Positions 29,645-39,451 of a DNA stretch of 64,000 bases are shown one piece after another (position 1 is the stretch's first letter; every line of letters starts with the position of its first letter). The notes below the pieces were generated by a model that was given only the letters and a program-made list of their open reading frames with translations, made no database searches and was not told the origin of the DNA. Where the stretch lies: assembly GCA_046735395.1 (NCBI GenBank), contig JBJKQR010000012.1, positions 1 to 64,000 on the forward strand, read 5' to 3'. Source of the DNA: Fidelibacterota bacterium (GTDB taxonomy: Bacteria; Fidelibacterota; Fidelibacteria; Fidelibacterales; DSDE01). A program made the position numbers and the translations under genes.

Positions 29645-30628
29645 ATGAATTTTGTAGATTATACTGATATCACTGTCCGATCCGGACACGGCGGCCCGGG
29701 TGCCGTGTCATTTCACCGTGAAAAATTTATGCCGCGGGGAGGCCCTGACGGCGGAGACGGCGGGAAGGGCGGCGATGTCATCTTCGTGGCCGATCCTCAG
29801 CTGCATACGCTTCATGATGTCCGCTATCACCGCATTTACAAGGCGGCAAATGGCCAGCCCGGCGGCGGCAACCGACGCAGCGGGAAAAAAGGACAGAGTG
29901 TGACCATCCGGGTCCCCGTCGGAACCATCATTCAGGCTGAAGATGAAATTTTATGTGATATGACTGAATCTGGGCAGACCTTTATTGCAGCGGAAGGCGG
30001 GATCGGCGGACGCGGCAATCAGCATTTTGCCACGGCTGTGAATCAGATTCCCCGCTATGCCCAGGAAGGAATTCCCGGAAAGGAGCTGCTGCTCAACCTG
30101 GAACTGAAGGTACTCGCGGATGTGGGGCTGGTCGGCTTTCCCAATGCCGGCAAAAGTACACTCCTCTCCGTCGTATCCGATGCGAGGCCGAAAATCGCCG
30201 ACTATCCCTTTACGACACTGGTTCCCAATCTCGGTATCGTCAAGTATAACGAATATCAGTCTTTTGTCATGGCCGATATCCCGGGACTCATCCGGGGCGC
30301 TCACGAAGGCAAGGGACTGGGAGACCAGTTCCTGCGGCATATCGAACGCACCCGCGTGCTGCTCTATCTCATTGATGTGAATTCGGAAGATCCGATTGCC
30401 GACTTCCGGACCCTTCGCAATGAACTGGTTTCCTATAATGCCCAGCTTGAGGAAAAGGACTTTCTGGTATGTCTGACCAAATGCGATACGCGGGAAGACC
30501 TTCCTGATCTGACAGATCCGCTGATTCCACCCACTTCCGTACTGGCGCTGTCTTCCGTGACCCGGAAAAATATTTCCGAACTTATCACTGCACTGACGAT
30601 AAAACTGGCAGATACTTTCAGGAATTGA
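29645..30628 (+). CDS. obgE: GTPase ObgE
   Basis: Gly-rich Obg domain, GFPNAGKST, DYPFTT, DIPG, TKCD. Confidence 0.97.
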   Translation: MNFVDYTDITVRSGHGGPGAVSFHREKFMPRGGPDGGDGGKGGDVIFVADPQLHTLHDVRYHRIYKAANGQPGGGNRRSGKKGQSVTIRVPVGTIIQAEDEILCDMTESGQTFIAAEGGIGGRGNQHFATAVNQIPRYAQEGIPGKELLLNLELKVLADVGLVGFPNAGKSTLLSVVSDARPKIADYPFTTLVPNLGIVKYNEYQSFVMADIPGLIRGAHEGKGLGDQFLRHIERTRVLLYLIDVNSEDPIADFRTLRNELVSYNAQLEEKDFLVCLTKCDTREDLPDLTDPLIPPTSVLALSSVTRKNISELITALTIKLADTFRN

Positions 30629-30641
30629 AAACGGGAGTGTT

Positions 30642-31496
30642 ATGCTGATTTCTGTTGAGAATCTGAATTATCGTTATCCCGGAGGCGATACGAATGCGGT
30701 AGAAGCGGTGAATTTCTCCATTGCTGAGGGCGAAATATTCGGTTTTCTGGGACCCAGCGGCGCCGGAAAAAGTACCACTCAGAAGCTGCTGACGGGATTA
30801 TTGAAAGCGGACTCGGGAATGATCCGCATTTTCGGAGAGGATTTCATCCATCCCGGGAGCGCATTTTATGAACGGATCGGGGTATCCTTTGAGTTTCCCA
30901 ATCTCTATTCAAAATTTTCAGCACGGGACAATCTGGAGTTTTTTTCCAGGCTCTACACCGGACCCGTCCGTTCTCCCGAATCCCTGCTCCGGGATGTGGC
31001 CCTAAGTGACTGGGTCGATCGCCGTGTCTCCGAATTCAGCAAGGGAATGAAACAGCGCCTGAATCTTGTTCGTGCCCTCGTTCATAATCCCGATCTCATT
31101 TTTCTCGATGAGCCGACGGCCGGACTCGATCCGGTGAATATAGAGCTGGTCAGATCTCTCATCTTTCGGGAAAGGGAGCGGGGAGCCACCATCTGTCTCA
31201 ATACGCATGACATGCAGCTGGCCGAATCGGTCTGTGACCGTGTCGCCTTCATCGTGGGCGGACATATTGCCGTTATTGATACACCCAGAAATCTGAAACT
31301 CCGCTACGGACAGGCCTCAGTCAAAGTGGAATATGAAGAGGATTCCCGCATAAACGCGGTGTCCTTTCCTCTGGAAGGTCTGGGGAATAATGCGGATTTT
31401 CACCGGCTGCTGCAGTCAGGGACTGTCCGGACCCTTCACAGCCAGGAGGCGGGGCTGGACCAGGTCTTTATTGCCTGTACGGGAGAATCGCTGTGA
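30642..31496 (+). CDS. ABC exporter ATP-binding protein
   Basis: GPSGAGKST, FSKGMKQR, LDEPT. Confidence 0.92.
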   Translation: MLISVENLNYRYPGGDTNAVEAVNFSIAEGEIFGFLGPSGAGKSTTQKLLTGLLKADSGMIRIFGEDFIHPGSAFYERIGVSFEFPNLYSKFSARDNLEFFSRLYTGPVRSPESLLRDVALSDWVDRRVSEFSKGMKQRLNLVRALVHNPDLIFLDEPTAGLDPVNIELVRSLIFRERERGATICLNTHDMQLAESVCDRVAFIVGGHIAVIDTPRNLKLRYGQASVKVEYEEDSRINAVSFPLEGLGNNADFHRLLQSGTVRTLHSQEAGLDQVFIACTGESL

Positions 31497-32209
31497 CCCG
31501 CTTTTTTTCAGTATTCCACTTTGATATCCGCTTTCAGATCCGTCATGGATTTTATCTCGTCTATTCAATCCTGACCCTCATCTATATTCTGATCCTGCAT
31601 ATCGCGGTTCCGGATGCGCAGAAAATGTATGCGCTGCTTTACATTCTCTATACGGATATTGCCGGCCTGGGATTCTTTTTTTCGGTCGCGGTGGTGCTGC
31701 TGGAGAAGGAGCAGAATATCGTTCAGGCTCTGGCCTGTACGCCGCTCAGCGTTCTGGAGTATCTGATTTCAAAAACTCTTTCCCTCCTCGTCATCACCTT
31801 CGTATTCGCCTTTCTGCTCATCGGGATCTATCATCAGTCCGTTCCTCATCCGCTGCTGCTTCTCGTGGCTCTTTTGTTTAATTCCCTGTTATTCACGCTT
31901 TTCGGGATGGTCCTGTCAGCCCGTGCTGTCAATATCAATCAGTATTTCAGCCGCGGTCTCATCTGGGGACTGCTGCTGCTGTCGACTCTGCCCCTCGAAC
32001 TTTTGCCGCAGCGTCCGCTTCTCGTGAGCCTGCTCCCGGCAAATGCAGGCTTCGCGGTTTTTGTTCTGCCCCAACTGGGTCATGGCCACACTGCAGCGAT
32101 CGCTTTGGGACTTTTATCCGTGCTGGCCTGGATCGGGGTGCTGCTGCGCCTGTCATGGCTGCGTGTTAACCGATACGTATTCGGGCATATAGACGGAGGG
32201 GTAAAATGA
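31493..32209 (+). CDS. ABC exporter permease (fluoroquinolone-exporter-like family)
   Basis: Multiple TMs; LLEKE...TPL...YLISK motif. Confidence 0.75.
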   Translation: MTRFFSVFHFDIRFQIRHGFYLVYSILTLIYILILHIAVPDAQKMYALLYILYTDIAGLGFFFSVAVVLLEKEQNIVQALACTPLSVLEYLISKTLSLLVITFVFAFLLIGIYHQSVPHPLLLLVALLFNSLLFTLFGMVLSARAVNINQYFSRGLIWGLLLLSTLPLELLPQRPLLVSLLPANAGFAVFVLPQLGHGHTAAIALGLLSVLAWIGVLLRLSWLRVNRYVFGHIDGGVK

Positions 32210-32925
32210 AGAAGTTTCCCGTCCTGAAACTGCTCCTGAACGATCTGAGACAGATCCGCATGGACGGAACACTGCTGCTGATGGCGGGTGCCGTTCCCGG
32301 AATCTATCTCGTTACAGCAAGGGCACTGCCCATTCTCAATGAAATTCTGGCCAGCCATAAGCTGATTCAGCTGACTGGCCATCTCCGGTTTATTATAATG
32401 ACCCTTTACATGGTGATTCCGCTTCTCTCCGGCATGCTGGTCTCTTTTCTGATGGTCGATGAAAAGGATGAAGGTATTTTACAGCAGATCTCTGTTACAC
32501 CGATGGGAGTGGGGAGATTTTTTATTTACAAATATTTTTTCGCGTTCTGCCTGGCTTTTCCCTTTCTGCTTCTCATGTTTTACTTTCAGCCTCTGCTGAA
32601 TCTGTCATGGATGAATTCTGTGGCATTGGCCTTCATCTATTCACTGGAGTCGCCGCTCATTATTCTGCCGATTGTGAGTTTTGCCCATAATAAGATCGAA
32701 GCCATGGCTCTGGCAAAACTGACCGGAATTACTCTCCTTTTTCCGGTGGCAGCCTATTTCTCTCCCGATTGGGGCGCCTCGATCCTGGCTGTATTTCCCT
32801 GGTCATGGATAGAAATATTCAGTACATCCACCGGGTTCCTCACGCTGTTTGCAGCCCTGGCCGTTCATCTGCTCTGGCTGCTGCCCGGACAGATCCTCTT
32901 CGTAAGCCGTTTCCAGCATCGCTGA
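32206..32925 (+). CDS. ABC exporter permease
   Basis: Multiple TMs; DEKDEG...VTP and NKIEAMALAK. Confidence 0.75.
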   Translation: MKKFPVLKLLLNDLRQIRMDGTLLLMAGAVPGIYLVTARALPILNEILASHKLIQLTGHLRFIIMTLYMVIPLLSGMLVSFLMVDEKDEGILQQISVTPMGVGRFFIYKYFFAFCLAFPFLLLMFYFQPLLNLSWMNSVALAFIYSLESPLIILPIVSFAHNKIEAMALAKLTGITLLFPVAAYFSPDWGASILAVFPWSWIEIFSTSTGFLTLFAALAVHLLWLLPGQILFVSRFQHR

Positions 32926-33001
32926 GACGCTTTAATCACTCCTATTCTTTTCCTTTTTAATAAAAATATTACCTGAATAGTCTGAAAATGCATTTCGGGA
33001 C

Positions 33002-33052
33002 TTGCTTTCCCATTTTACATTAATTATAATCTTGACGAAAAAGTCAAGATTA
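33002..33052 (+). promoter_or_regulatory. sigma70 promoter plus overlapping palindromic operator upstream of aceE
   Basis: TTGCTT-17 nt-TATAAT (33002-33030) and a perfect inverted repeat TAATCTTGAC-N6-GTCAAGATTA (33027-33052). Confidence 0.7.
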
Positions 33053-33167
33053 GAAAGATCTTGGCAGGAGTAAAGAAGAACGATGTTGAACTCATTGAAA
33101 AACAAAGAAATAGAAAATATTCAAAATCACAAATTGCCTGTGAGTTTTGAGTTGGGAAGATGTTGAT

Positions 33168-35825
33168 ATGGAAAACAGACTGAACGATATTGAAATCCGG
33201 GAATGGATTGAATCACTTGAATATGTTCTGGAAAAGGAAGGAAGGGACCGGGGCCGGGTTATCCTGCAGGAACTCCGGAATCATGCCGGATTGCGGGGCA
33301 TTGAAGTGCCGCAGGGGACCAATACGCCCTATATCAATACCATCCCTGCCGATGAGCAGCCCGTATATCCGGGTAACCGGGATATGGAGCGGCGTATAAA
33401 AAGCGTGATACGATGGAATGCCATGGCCATGGTGGTAAAAGCTAACCGGATCGAGGACGGAATCGGCGGCCATATTTCCTCCTATGCGTCGGCGGCCACG
33501 CTGTATGAGGTCGGGTTTAATCATTTTTTCAGAGGCCCCTCGGAAGACTTCTCAGGAGACATGGTTTTTTTCCAGGGACATGCATCTCCCGGGATCTATG
33601 CCAGGGCTTTTCTGGAAGGGCGTCTGTCAATCGAGGACCTGAATAATTTCCGCCATGAGGCGCATGCCAGCGCCGGATTACCGTCCTATCCTCATCCCTG
33701 GCTGAGGCCGGATTTCTGGCAGTTTGCCACCGTTTCCATGGGACTGGGGCCGCTGATGGCGATATATCTCGCCCGGTACAACCGTTACCTGGAGGACAGG
33801 GGTCTGAAAAGCAGCCGGGGTGAGAAGGTCTGGGCATTTATAGGAGACGGGGAGACGGATGAACCGGAAACACTGGGAGCCATATCTCTCGCAGCCCGGG
33901 AAAAGCTGGACAATTTAATTTTTGTCATCAACGCGAATCTTCAGCGGCTGGACGGGCCGGTACGGGGAAACGGCCGTATCATTCAGGAACTGGAAACGAA
34001 TTTTCGGGGAGCCGGCTGGAATGTGATCAAGGTGATCTGGGGGCGGGAATGGGATGATCTGCTGGCCCGGGACCGGAGCGGACTGCTCATCCGGCGCATG
34101 GATGAGCTGGTGGACGGTGAAAGCCAGAATTACAGTGTGCGCGGCGGAGAGTATATCCGGGAACATTTTTTCGGAAAATATCCCGAACTTCTGACACTTG
34201 TGGAGGTCCTGAGCGATGAGCAGCTGGAAAAACTGTCCTTTGGCGGGCATGATCCGGAAAAGGTCTATGCTGCGTACTCAGCGGCCGTAAAGCATGAAGG
34301 CGGACCGACGGTCATTATCGCCAGAACGGTGAAGGGATACGGACTGGGAGAGGCGGGGGAAGGAAAGAATTTCACCCATTCCCAGAAGAAACTGAATGAA
34401 AAGCAGCTGCGCTCCTTCCGAAGCCGCTTTGCCATTCCCATTTCCGATGATGAAATTGATTCGGTGCCGTTTTACCGTTTTCCCGAAGAAAGCCCCGAGC
34501 ATGATTATCTACATGCCAGGCGGAAAGCTCTGGGTGGCTACCTTCCTCAGAGGCGGACGGTCGGGAAGCCTCTGGAAATGCCCGACAGCAGGATCTGGTC
34601 AGAATTTGACGAAGGAACGGGTGACAGGCCGGTGTCGACCACCATGGCCTTCGTGAAACTGCTTACACAGCTTCTGAAAGACCGGAATACCGGCTCTTAT
34701 ATCGTTCCGATTGTGCCGGATGAAGCGCGGACTTTCGGGATGGAATCCCTGTTCCGGCAGGTTGGAATCTATTCCCACGTCGGCCAGCTCTATGAACCCG
34801 TGGATTCGGATTCACTGCTGTATTACCGGGAAGCCCGTGACGGACAGATTCTGGAGGAGGGTATAACGGAAAGCGGAGCCATGTCCTCATTTATAGCGGC
34901 CGGCACATCCTGGTCGCTCCATGATGTTCCCACCGTGCCCTTCTATATCTTTTACTCCATGTTCGGACTCCAGAGAGTGGGAGATCTGGCATGGGCTGCC
35001 GGAGATATGCGCGCCCGCGGTTTTCTGGTGGGGGGAACAGCAGGGCGGACCACGCTTGCCGGAGAAGGACTTCAGCATCAGGATGGGAATTCACAGCTTC
35101 TGGCCTTTGCCTATCCGACACTGAAGGCCTATGATCCGGCCTATGCCTATGAAATAGCTGCGATTATCAGGCAGGGAATGAAGAGTATGTATGTGGACCA
35201 GAACGCGGAATTCTATTATCTGACTCTATGCAATGAAAATTATCCGCAGATGCCACGGCCGGCGCATGACCCTGACCTGGATGAAAAAATCATCAGGGGA
35301 ATGTACAAATTCAGATCATCCGATCTGAAATCAGACCGGAAGGCCATCCTTTTTGGTTCCGGTGCTCTGCTGCCACGTGTTCTGGATGCGGCCGAAATTC
35401 TTGAGAAGGATTACAAGGTTGCGACAGAAATATTCAGTATCACCTCCTATAAGGCTTTGTACATGGATGCGGTGCTGCGGGAAAGAGAGCTTTTCCTGAC
35501 CGGTGAGAGCATGAAATCCCATTTGTCTCACGAACTGGAAGGTCTGGATGCGCCCATCGTCGCGGTGTCAGATTATGTGCGGGCTGTGCCCGATACCCTC
35601 GGCCGCTGGATATCAAATCCCATGATGAGCCTGGGAACAGATGGCTTCGGACGCAGTGACGGACGTGATCATCTCAGGGACTTTTTTGAGGTGAATACGG
35701 CCTATATCGTTTTTGCCGCGCTCACCATGCTTCATCGCCAGGGGCAATTTCCTGCGGATTTACTGGAGCGTGCCGCAGGCAGACTGAAGATTGACAGAAG
35801 CAAACCCAATCCTATGACGGCATGA
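33168..35825 (+). CDS. aceE: Pyruvate dehydrogenase E1, homodimeric type
   Basis: GGHISSYAS, QGHASPG, GDGETDEPE..N TPP motif, GRTTLAGEGLQHQDG, LGTDGFGRSD. Confidence 0.96.
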   Translation: MENRLNDIEIREWIESLEYVLEKEGRDRGRVILQELRNHAGLRGIEVPQGTNTPYINTIPADEQPVYPGNRDMERRIKSVIRWNAMAMVVKANRIEDGIGGHISSYASAATLYEVGFNHFFRGPSEDFSGDMVFFQGHASPGIYARAFLEGRLSIEDLNNFRHEAHASAGLPSYPHPWLRPDFWQFATVSMGLGPLMAIYLARYNRYLEDRGLKSSRGEKVWAFIGDGETDEPETLGAISLAAREKLDNLIFVINANLQRLDGPVRGNGRIIQELETNFRGAGWNVIKVIWGREWDDLLARDRSGLLIRRMDELVDGESQNYSVRGGEYIREHFFGKYPELLTLVEVLSDEQLEKLSFGGHDPEKVYAAYSAAVKHEGGPTVIIARTVKGYGLGEAGEGKNFTHSQKKLNEKQLRSFRSRFAIPISDDEIDSVPFYRFPEESPEHDYLHARRKALGGYLPQRRTVGKPLEMPDSRIWSEFDEGTGDRPVSTTMAFVKLLTQLLKDRNTGSYIVPIVPDEARTFGMESLFRQVGIYSHVGQLYEPVDSDSLLYYREARDGQILEEGITESGAMSSFIAAGTSWSLHDVPTVPFYIFYSMFGLQRVGDLAWAAGDMRARGFLVGGTAGRTTLAGEGLQHQDGNSQLLAFAYPTLKAYDPAYAYEIAAIIRQGMKSMYVDQNAEFYYLTLCNENYPQMPRPAHDPDLDEKIIRGMYKFRSSDLKSDRKAILFGSGALLPRVLDAAEILEKDYKVATEIFSITSYKALYMDAVLRERELFLTGESMKSHLSHELEGLDAPIVAVSDYVRAVPDTLGRWISNPMMSLGTDGFGRSDGRDHLRDFFEVNTAYIVFAALTMLHRQGQFPADLLERAAGRLKIDRSKPNPMTA

Positions 35826-35836
35826 GGAGTAGTGAT

Positions 35837-37147
35837 ATGCTGACGGACATAAAAATCCCCGTTCTCGGGGAAAATATAGAATCGGCGGTGCTGGCTGCGC
35901 TGCGAGTTGAGGCCGGACAGTCTGTGAAAAAGGATGATATTCTCATGGAGCTGGAAACGGGAAAGGCTGTGGTCGAAATTCCGGCAGAGACTGACGGAAT
36001 AATTCGAAATATCCGGGTTGAAGAAGGTGCGGAACTTCGCATCGGACAGCTTGTGATGTCCTTAGAAACCTCCGGGACTCAGGTGGAAAGCCAGGATGAT
36101 GTTAAGGAAGGCCCGGTACCTGAATCGGAATTGCCTGAATCTGCTGTGATTCAGGAGACAGCGGAGAGGCCGCCTACAGCTGAAGTTCAGCGGATTGAGG
36201 TACAACCTGAGTCGGATTCTCTGAAAGCGGACGGGACAGACCAACGCGCAAATGAATTTCTGCTGGTGCCGGCGGCTCCTTCCGTACGGCGCTTTGCCCG
36301 GGAAATCGGGATTGATATCCGTCAGGTGACCGGCAGCGGTCCGGGAGGACGGATCAGTATAGATGATGTGAAAACCTTTTCACGACTGGTGAATCAGAAC
36401 GAACAGGGGCGGCCGGCCGGGAAATCGCTGCTTCCGGATTTTGAAAAATGGGGCTCTGTGCAGCGGATTCCCATGTCAGGCATCCGTCTGGAAACGGCGA
36501 AACACCTGTCGGCAGCCTGGTCCGAAATTCCCATGGTGACTCAGTACGGCAAGGCAGATCTGAGTGAATGGGAACGATTGAAGGACAATCTGGGAGCCGA
36601 TGTGGCAGCCCGGGGAGGAAAACTGACTCTGACCGCTCTGCTTGCAGCTGTTGTTGCGAAGGCATTGGTGAAATTTCCCAGTTTCAATTCATCCATTGAT
36701 ATGGAAAAACGGGAAATCATCACTAAAGAATATATCAATATGGGAATAGCTGTGGATACACCCGGAGGGCTGCTGGTGCCGGTGATCCGGAATATTCAGA
36801 CGCTGGGACTGATGGACATTGTCCTGGAACTTCAGAATCTGGCTGAGAGAGCCCGGGAACGGAAAATACGCCCTGAAGACCTGCAGGGAGGAACCTTTAC
36901 GATATCAAATCTGGGCGGTATTGCCGGTACGGCCTTCACACCGCTTGTCAATTCACCGGAAGTGGCTATTCTGGGTCTTTCCCGTTCAGCGGTGGAAGCA
37001 GTGTGGAACGGGCGTGAATTTGAGGCGCGGACCATGCTGCCCCTGTCTCTGTCCTATGATCACCGCGTCATTGACGGTGCCGACGGTGCACGATTCATGG
37101 GATGGATAGAAGAGGCGCTTCGCCAGCCCTGTCGCCTGCTGCTGTAA
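35837..37147 (+). CDS. aceF: Dihydrolipoamide acetyltransferase E2 (single lipoyl domain)
   Basis: Lipoyl domain ELETGKA, E3-binding APSVRRFARE..GSGPGGRI, catalytic DHRVIDG. Confidence 0.93.
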   Translation: MLTDIKIPVLGENIESAVLAALRVEAGQSVKKDDILMELETGKAVVEIPAETDGIIRNIRVEEGAELRIGQLVMSLETSGTQVESQDDVKEGPVPESELPESAVIQETAERPPTAEVQRIEVQPESDSLKADGTDQRANEFLLVPAAPSVRRFAREIGIDIRQVTGSGPGGRISIDDVKTFSRLVNQNEQGRPAGKSLLPDFEKWGSVQRIPMSGIRLETAKHLSAAWSEIPMVTQYGKADLSEWERLKDNLGADVAARGGKLTLTALLAAVVAKALVKFPSFNSSIDMEKREIITKEYINMGIAVDTPGGLLVPVIRNIQTLGLMDIVLELQNLAERARERKIRPEDLQGGTFTISNLGGIAGTAFTPLVNSPEVAILGLSRSAVEAVWNGREFEARTMLPLSLSYDHRVIDGADGARFMGWIEEALRQPCRLLL

Positions 37148-37162
37148 GGGCTGACAGGAACC

Positions 37163-37191
37163 TTGTCACTGTCCTGATTATTCCGTAATTT
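37163..37191 (+). promoter_or_regulatory. Internal sigma70-type promoter for lpdA
   Basis: TTGTCA-17 nt-TAATTT. Confidence 0.55.
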
Positions 37192-37213
37192 TCAGCAAAG
37201 AAAAGGAGTGTAC

Positions 37214-38632
37214 ATGTCAGAACCAAATAACGAACTGGTGATTATCGGAGCAGGTCCGGGGGGATATGCCGCCGCCTTTCATGCTGCGGATCATGGTCTT
37301 CAGGTCACGCTCATCGATCCTGAGGAAAATCCGGGTGGTGTCTGCCTGTACAGAGGGTGTATTCCCTCCAAGGCTCTTCTGCATGCAGCGAAGCTCATTT
37401 ATGAAACCCGTGAAAGTTCTGCCTGGGGCCTGTCCTTCAGCGGAATGAAACTGGATACAGATGCACTCAGAAACTGGAAACAGTCTGTTGTCGATAAGCT
37501 GACGGGCGGCCTGGGGCAGCTGGTCAGACAGAGGAAAATTACCTATATCCGTGGAAAGGCCGCGTTTAAAAGTGACCGGCTGCTTCAGGTGGTCGGAGAG
37601 GATGGCACAGAGCGGGATATTGAATTCGGGAATGTGATCATTGCTGCCGGTAGCCGGCCTGTGGCCATACCCGGAATAAATATGGAAAACCCCCGTATTC
37701 TGGACAGCAGCGGAGCTCTGGCGCTGAATGATGTTCCGAAACGTCTGCTGGTAATCGGCGGCGGATATATCGGCCTGGAAATGGGAACCGCCTATGCTGC
37801 TTTCGGATCTGCCGTCACCGTCGTGGAGATGCTTCCCAACCTGCTCCCCGCCATGGATAAGGATCTGGTGAGGATCCTGAAGCGAAGCCTGGATAAAAAG
37901 TTCGAATCCATTCTGCTTTCCACGCGGGTTAAATCTGTTCAGGAAGGGAAGGACGGACTGGCCGTGACCTTTGAACTGCCGGACGGCAGTGAAAAGACGG
38001 ATCATTTCGACAAAATTATCGTGTCGGTGGGACGCCGGCCCAATTCGGACAGGATCGGCCTGGAAAATACCTCGGTCAGGGTGGATGAAAGAGGTTTCGT
38101 GCAGGCGGATGACCGCAAGGCCACATCCGTTTCCCATATTTATGCAATCGGTGATATCGTGGGCGGGATGATGCTGGCCCACAAGGCCTCCCACGAAGCA
38201 TTCACGGCGGTGGATAGCATTCTGGGGAAAAATGCGAGTTTCAATCCCCAGGCGATTCCGGCCGTTGTGTTTACCGACCCGGAAGTCGCAGTAGCCGGAC
38301 TGGGAGAAGATGACGCGAAATCCCGCGGCCTGGATGTGGATGTGACACGCTTTCCCTGGGCAGCCTCCGGCAGGGCCCTCACGATGGATCGCGGGGAGGG
38401 AATGACGAAAATCATTTTTGATAAATCCAGCGGCCGTGTCCTCGGTGTGGGGATCGTGGGCGCCGGCGCCGGGGAAATGATTGCCGAAGGAACACTGGCG
38501 ATTGAAATGGCTGCCCTGGCTGCTGATGTGAAGCTGACCATTCATGCCCATCCCACGTTGTCGGAAACATTTATGGAGGCCGGAGAACTGTTTTTCGGGC
38601 CGGCCACCCATGTCTATAAACCCAAACGCTGA
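37214..38632 (+). CDS. lpdA: Dihydrolipoyl dehydrogenase E3
   Basis: GAGPGG, GGVCLYRGCIPSK, GGGYIGLE, HAHPTLSE. Confidence 0.97.
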   Translation: MSEPNNELVIIGAGPGGYAAAFHAADHGLQVTLIDPEENPGGVCLYRGCIPSKALLHAAKLIYETRESSAWGLSFSGMKLDTDALRNWKQSVVDKLTGGLGQLVRQRKITYIRGKAAFKSDRLLQVVGEDGTERDIEFGNVIIAAGSRPVAIPGINMENPRILDSSGALALNDVPKRLLVIGGGYIGLEMGTAYAAFGSAVTVVEMLPNLLPAMDKDLVRILKRSLDKKFESILLSTRVKSVQEGKDGLAVTFELPDGSEKTDHFDKIIVSVGRRPNSDRIGLENTSVRVDERGFVQADDRKATSVSHIYAIGDIVGGMMLAHKASHEAFTAVDSILGKNASFNPQAIPAVVFTDPEVAVAGLGEDDAKSRGLDVDVTRFPWAASGRALTMDRGEGMTKIIFDKSSGRVLGVGIVGAGAGEMIAEGTLAIEMAALAADVKLTIHAHPTLSETFMEAGELFFGPATHVYKPKR

Positions 38633-38685
38633 CGGGTAATAACTATCCGAAGCTTGCCCGAAGGGCTGACGGCAGGATTCAGACC

Positions 38686-38714
38686 TTGCTTATCCCTTTT
38701 GAATACTGTAATTT
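38686..38714 (+). promoter_or_regulatory. sigma70-type promoter for the Hpt gene
   Basis: TTGCTT-17 nt-TAATTT. Confidence 0.55.
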
Positions 38715-38743
38715 TTTCCACAATTTCAGATAAGGGATCAGAA

Positions 38744-39082
38744 ATGGAGGACAGCAGTACAGTGTTATTTGATAAAGCGGAATTATTAGACCGGGTTGGT
38801 GATGACGAAGAACTGATTCAGGAATTGATAGAGCTGTTTATAGACGATTACCCGGGTAAAATCAGTGGAATTGAGGACGGGCTGGCTGCTCAGGATGCAG
38901 AAAAGGTCCGGGATTCAGCCCATGGCCTGAAGGGCGCTTCCGCGAATCTGTCCTTCAACAGTGTCTCCGGGATCGCGAAAACCATCGAGTTTGCAGCCCG
39001 GGATGAAAATCTGGTACTGGTCGCCGAAAATCTCGTTCTCCTGAAATCCGAAATTGCCCGGCTTCTCGAAATCATCAGTTAA
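38744..39082 (+). CDS. Stand-alone Hpt phosphotransfer protein
   Basis: LLDRVGDDEEL..ELIELF, AHGLKGASANL. Confidence 0.88.
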   Translation: MEDSSTVLFDKAELLDRVGDDEELIQELIELFIDDYPGKISGIEDGLAAQDAEKVRDSAHGLKGASANLSFNSVSGIAKTIEFAARDENLVLVAENLVLLKSEIARLLEIIS

Positions 39083-39168
39083 TCAATAAATACATATCGT
39101 AATGCTCATATCTTCGCCGTCGGCTGGTGACGGCGAATCCGTTATTTACTGAACTGTCAGGTCGTGGC

Positions 39169-39366
39169 TTATTTAAATTTTATACGGGAAAAAATAAGTT
39201 CGAAATAGGCGGAGGCGCCGAAACTTTCTGTGGGCGGAGCGAAGATCTGTACGAGCTGCCACCCCTGGGCGGCATGTTCGTCAATGATCTTGTGATAATC
39301 TTCCTTCGGCTTCACGCTATTGATACCGGCCTTCAGATCGATCTTGATATATTTGTATTCGTACAT
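39169..39366 (-). CDS. DUF4177-like small protein
   Basis: GGAGG SD; MYEYKY...IIDEHAAQGWQLVQI...LIFSR. Confidence 0.75.
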   Translation of the reverse strand: MYEYKYIKIDLKAGINSVKPKEDYHKIIDEHAAQGWQLVQIFAPPTESFGASAYFELIFSRIKFK

Positions 39367-39451
39367 GGAACACCTCCCTGAACAATATAAGAAATTAGCG
39401 GCAAGCGAACAGTAAAAACATTGAATCTACAGGCATTTACAGGAATGTGGC

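Noticed and set aside
37217..38611. 464-aa minus-strand ORF
   Set aside because: Antisense shadow of lpdA. The same applies to the long antisense ORFs over pepO (6192-7328), miaB (39653-40774), the hybrid kinase (43605-44639) and cheA (49042-50079).
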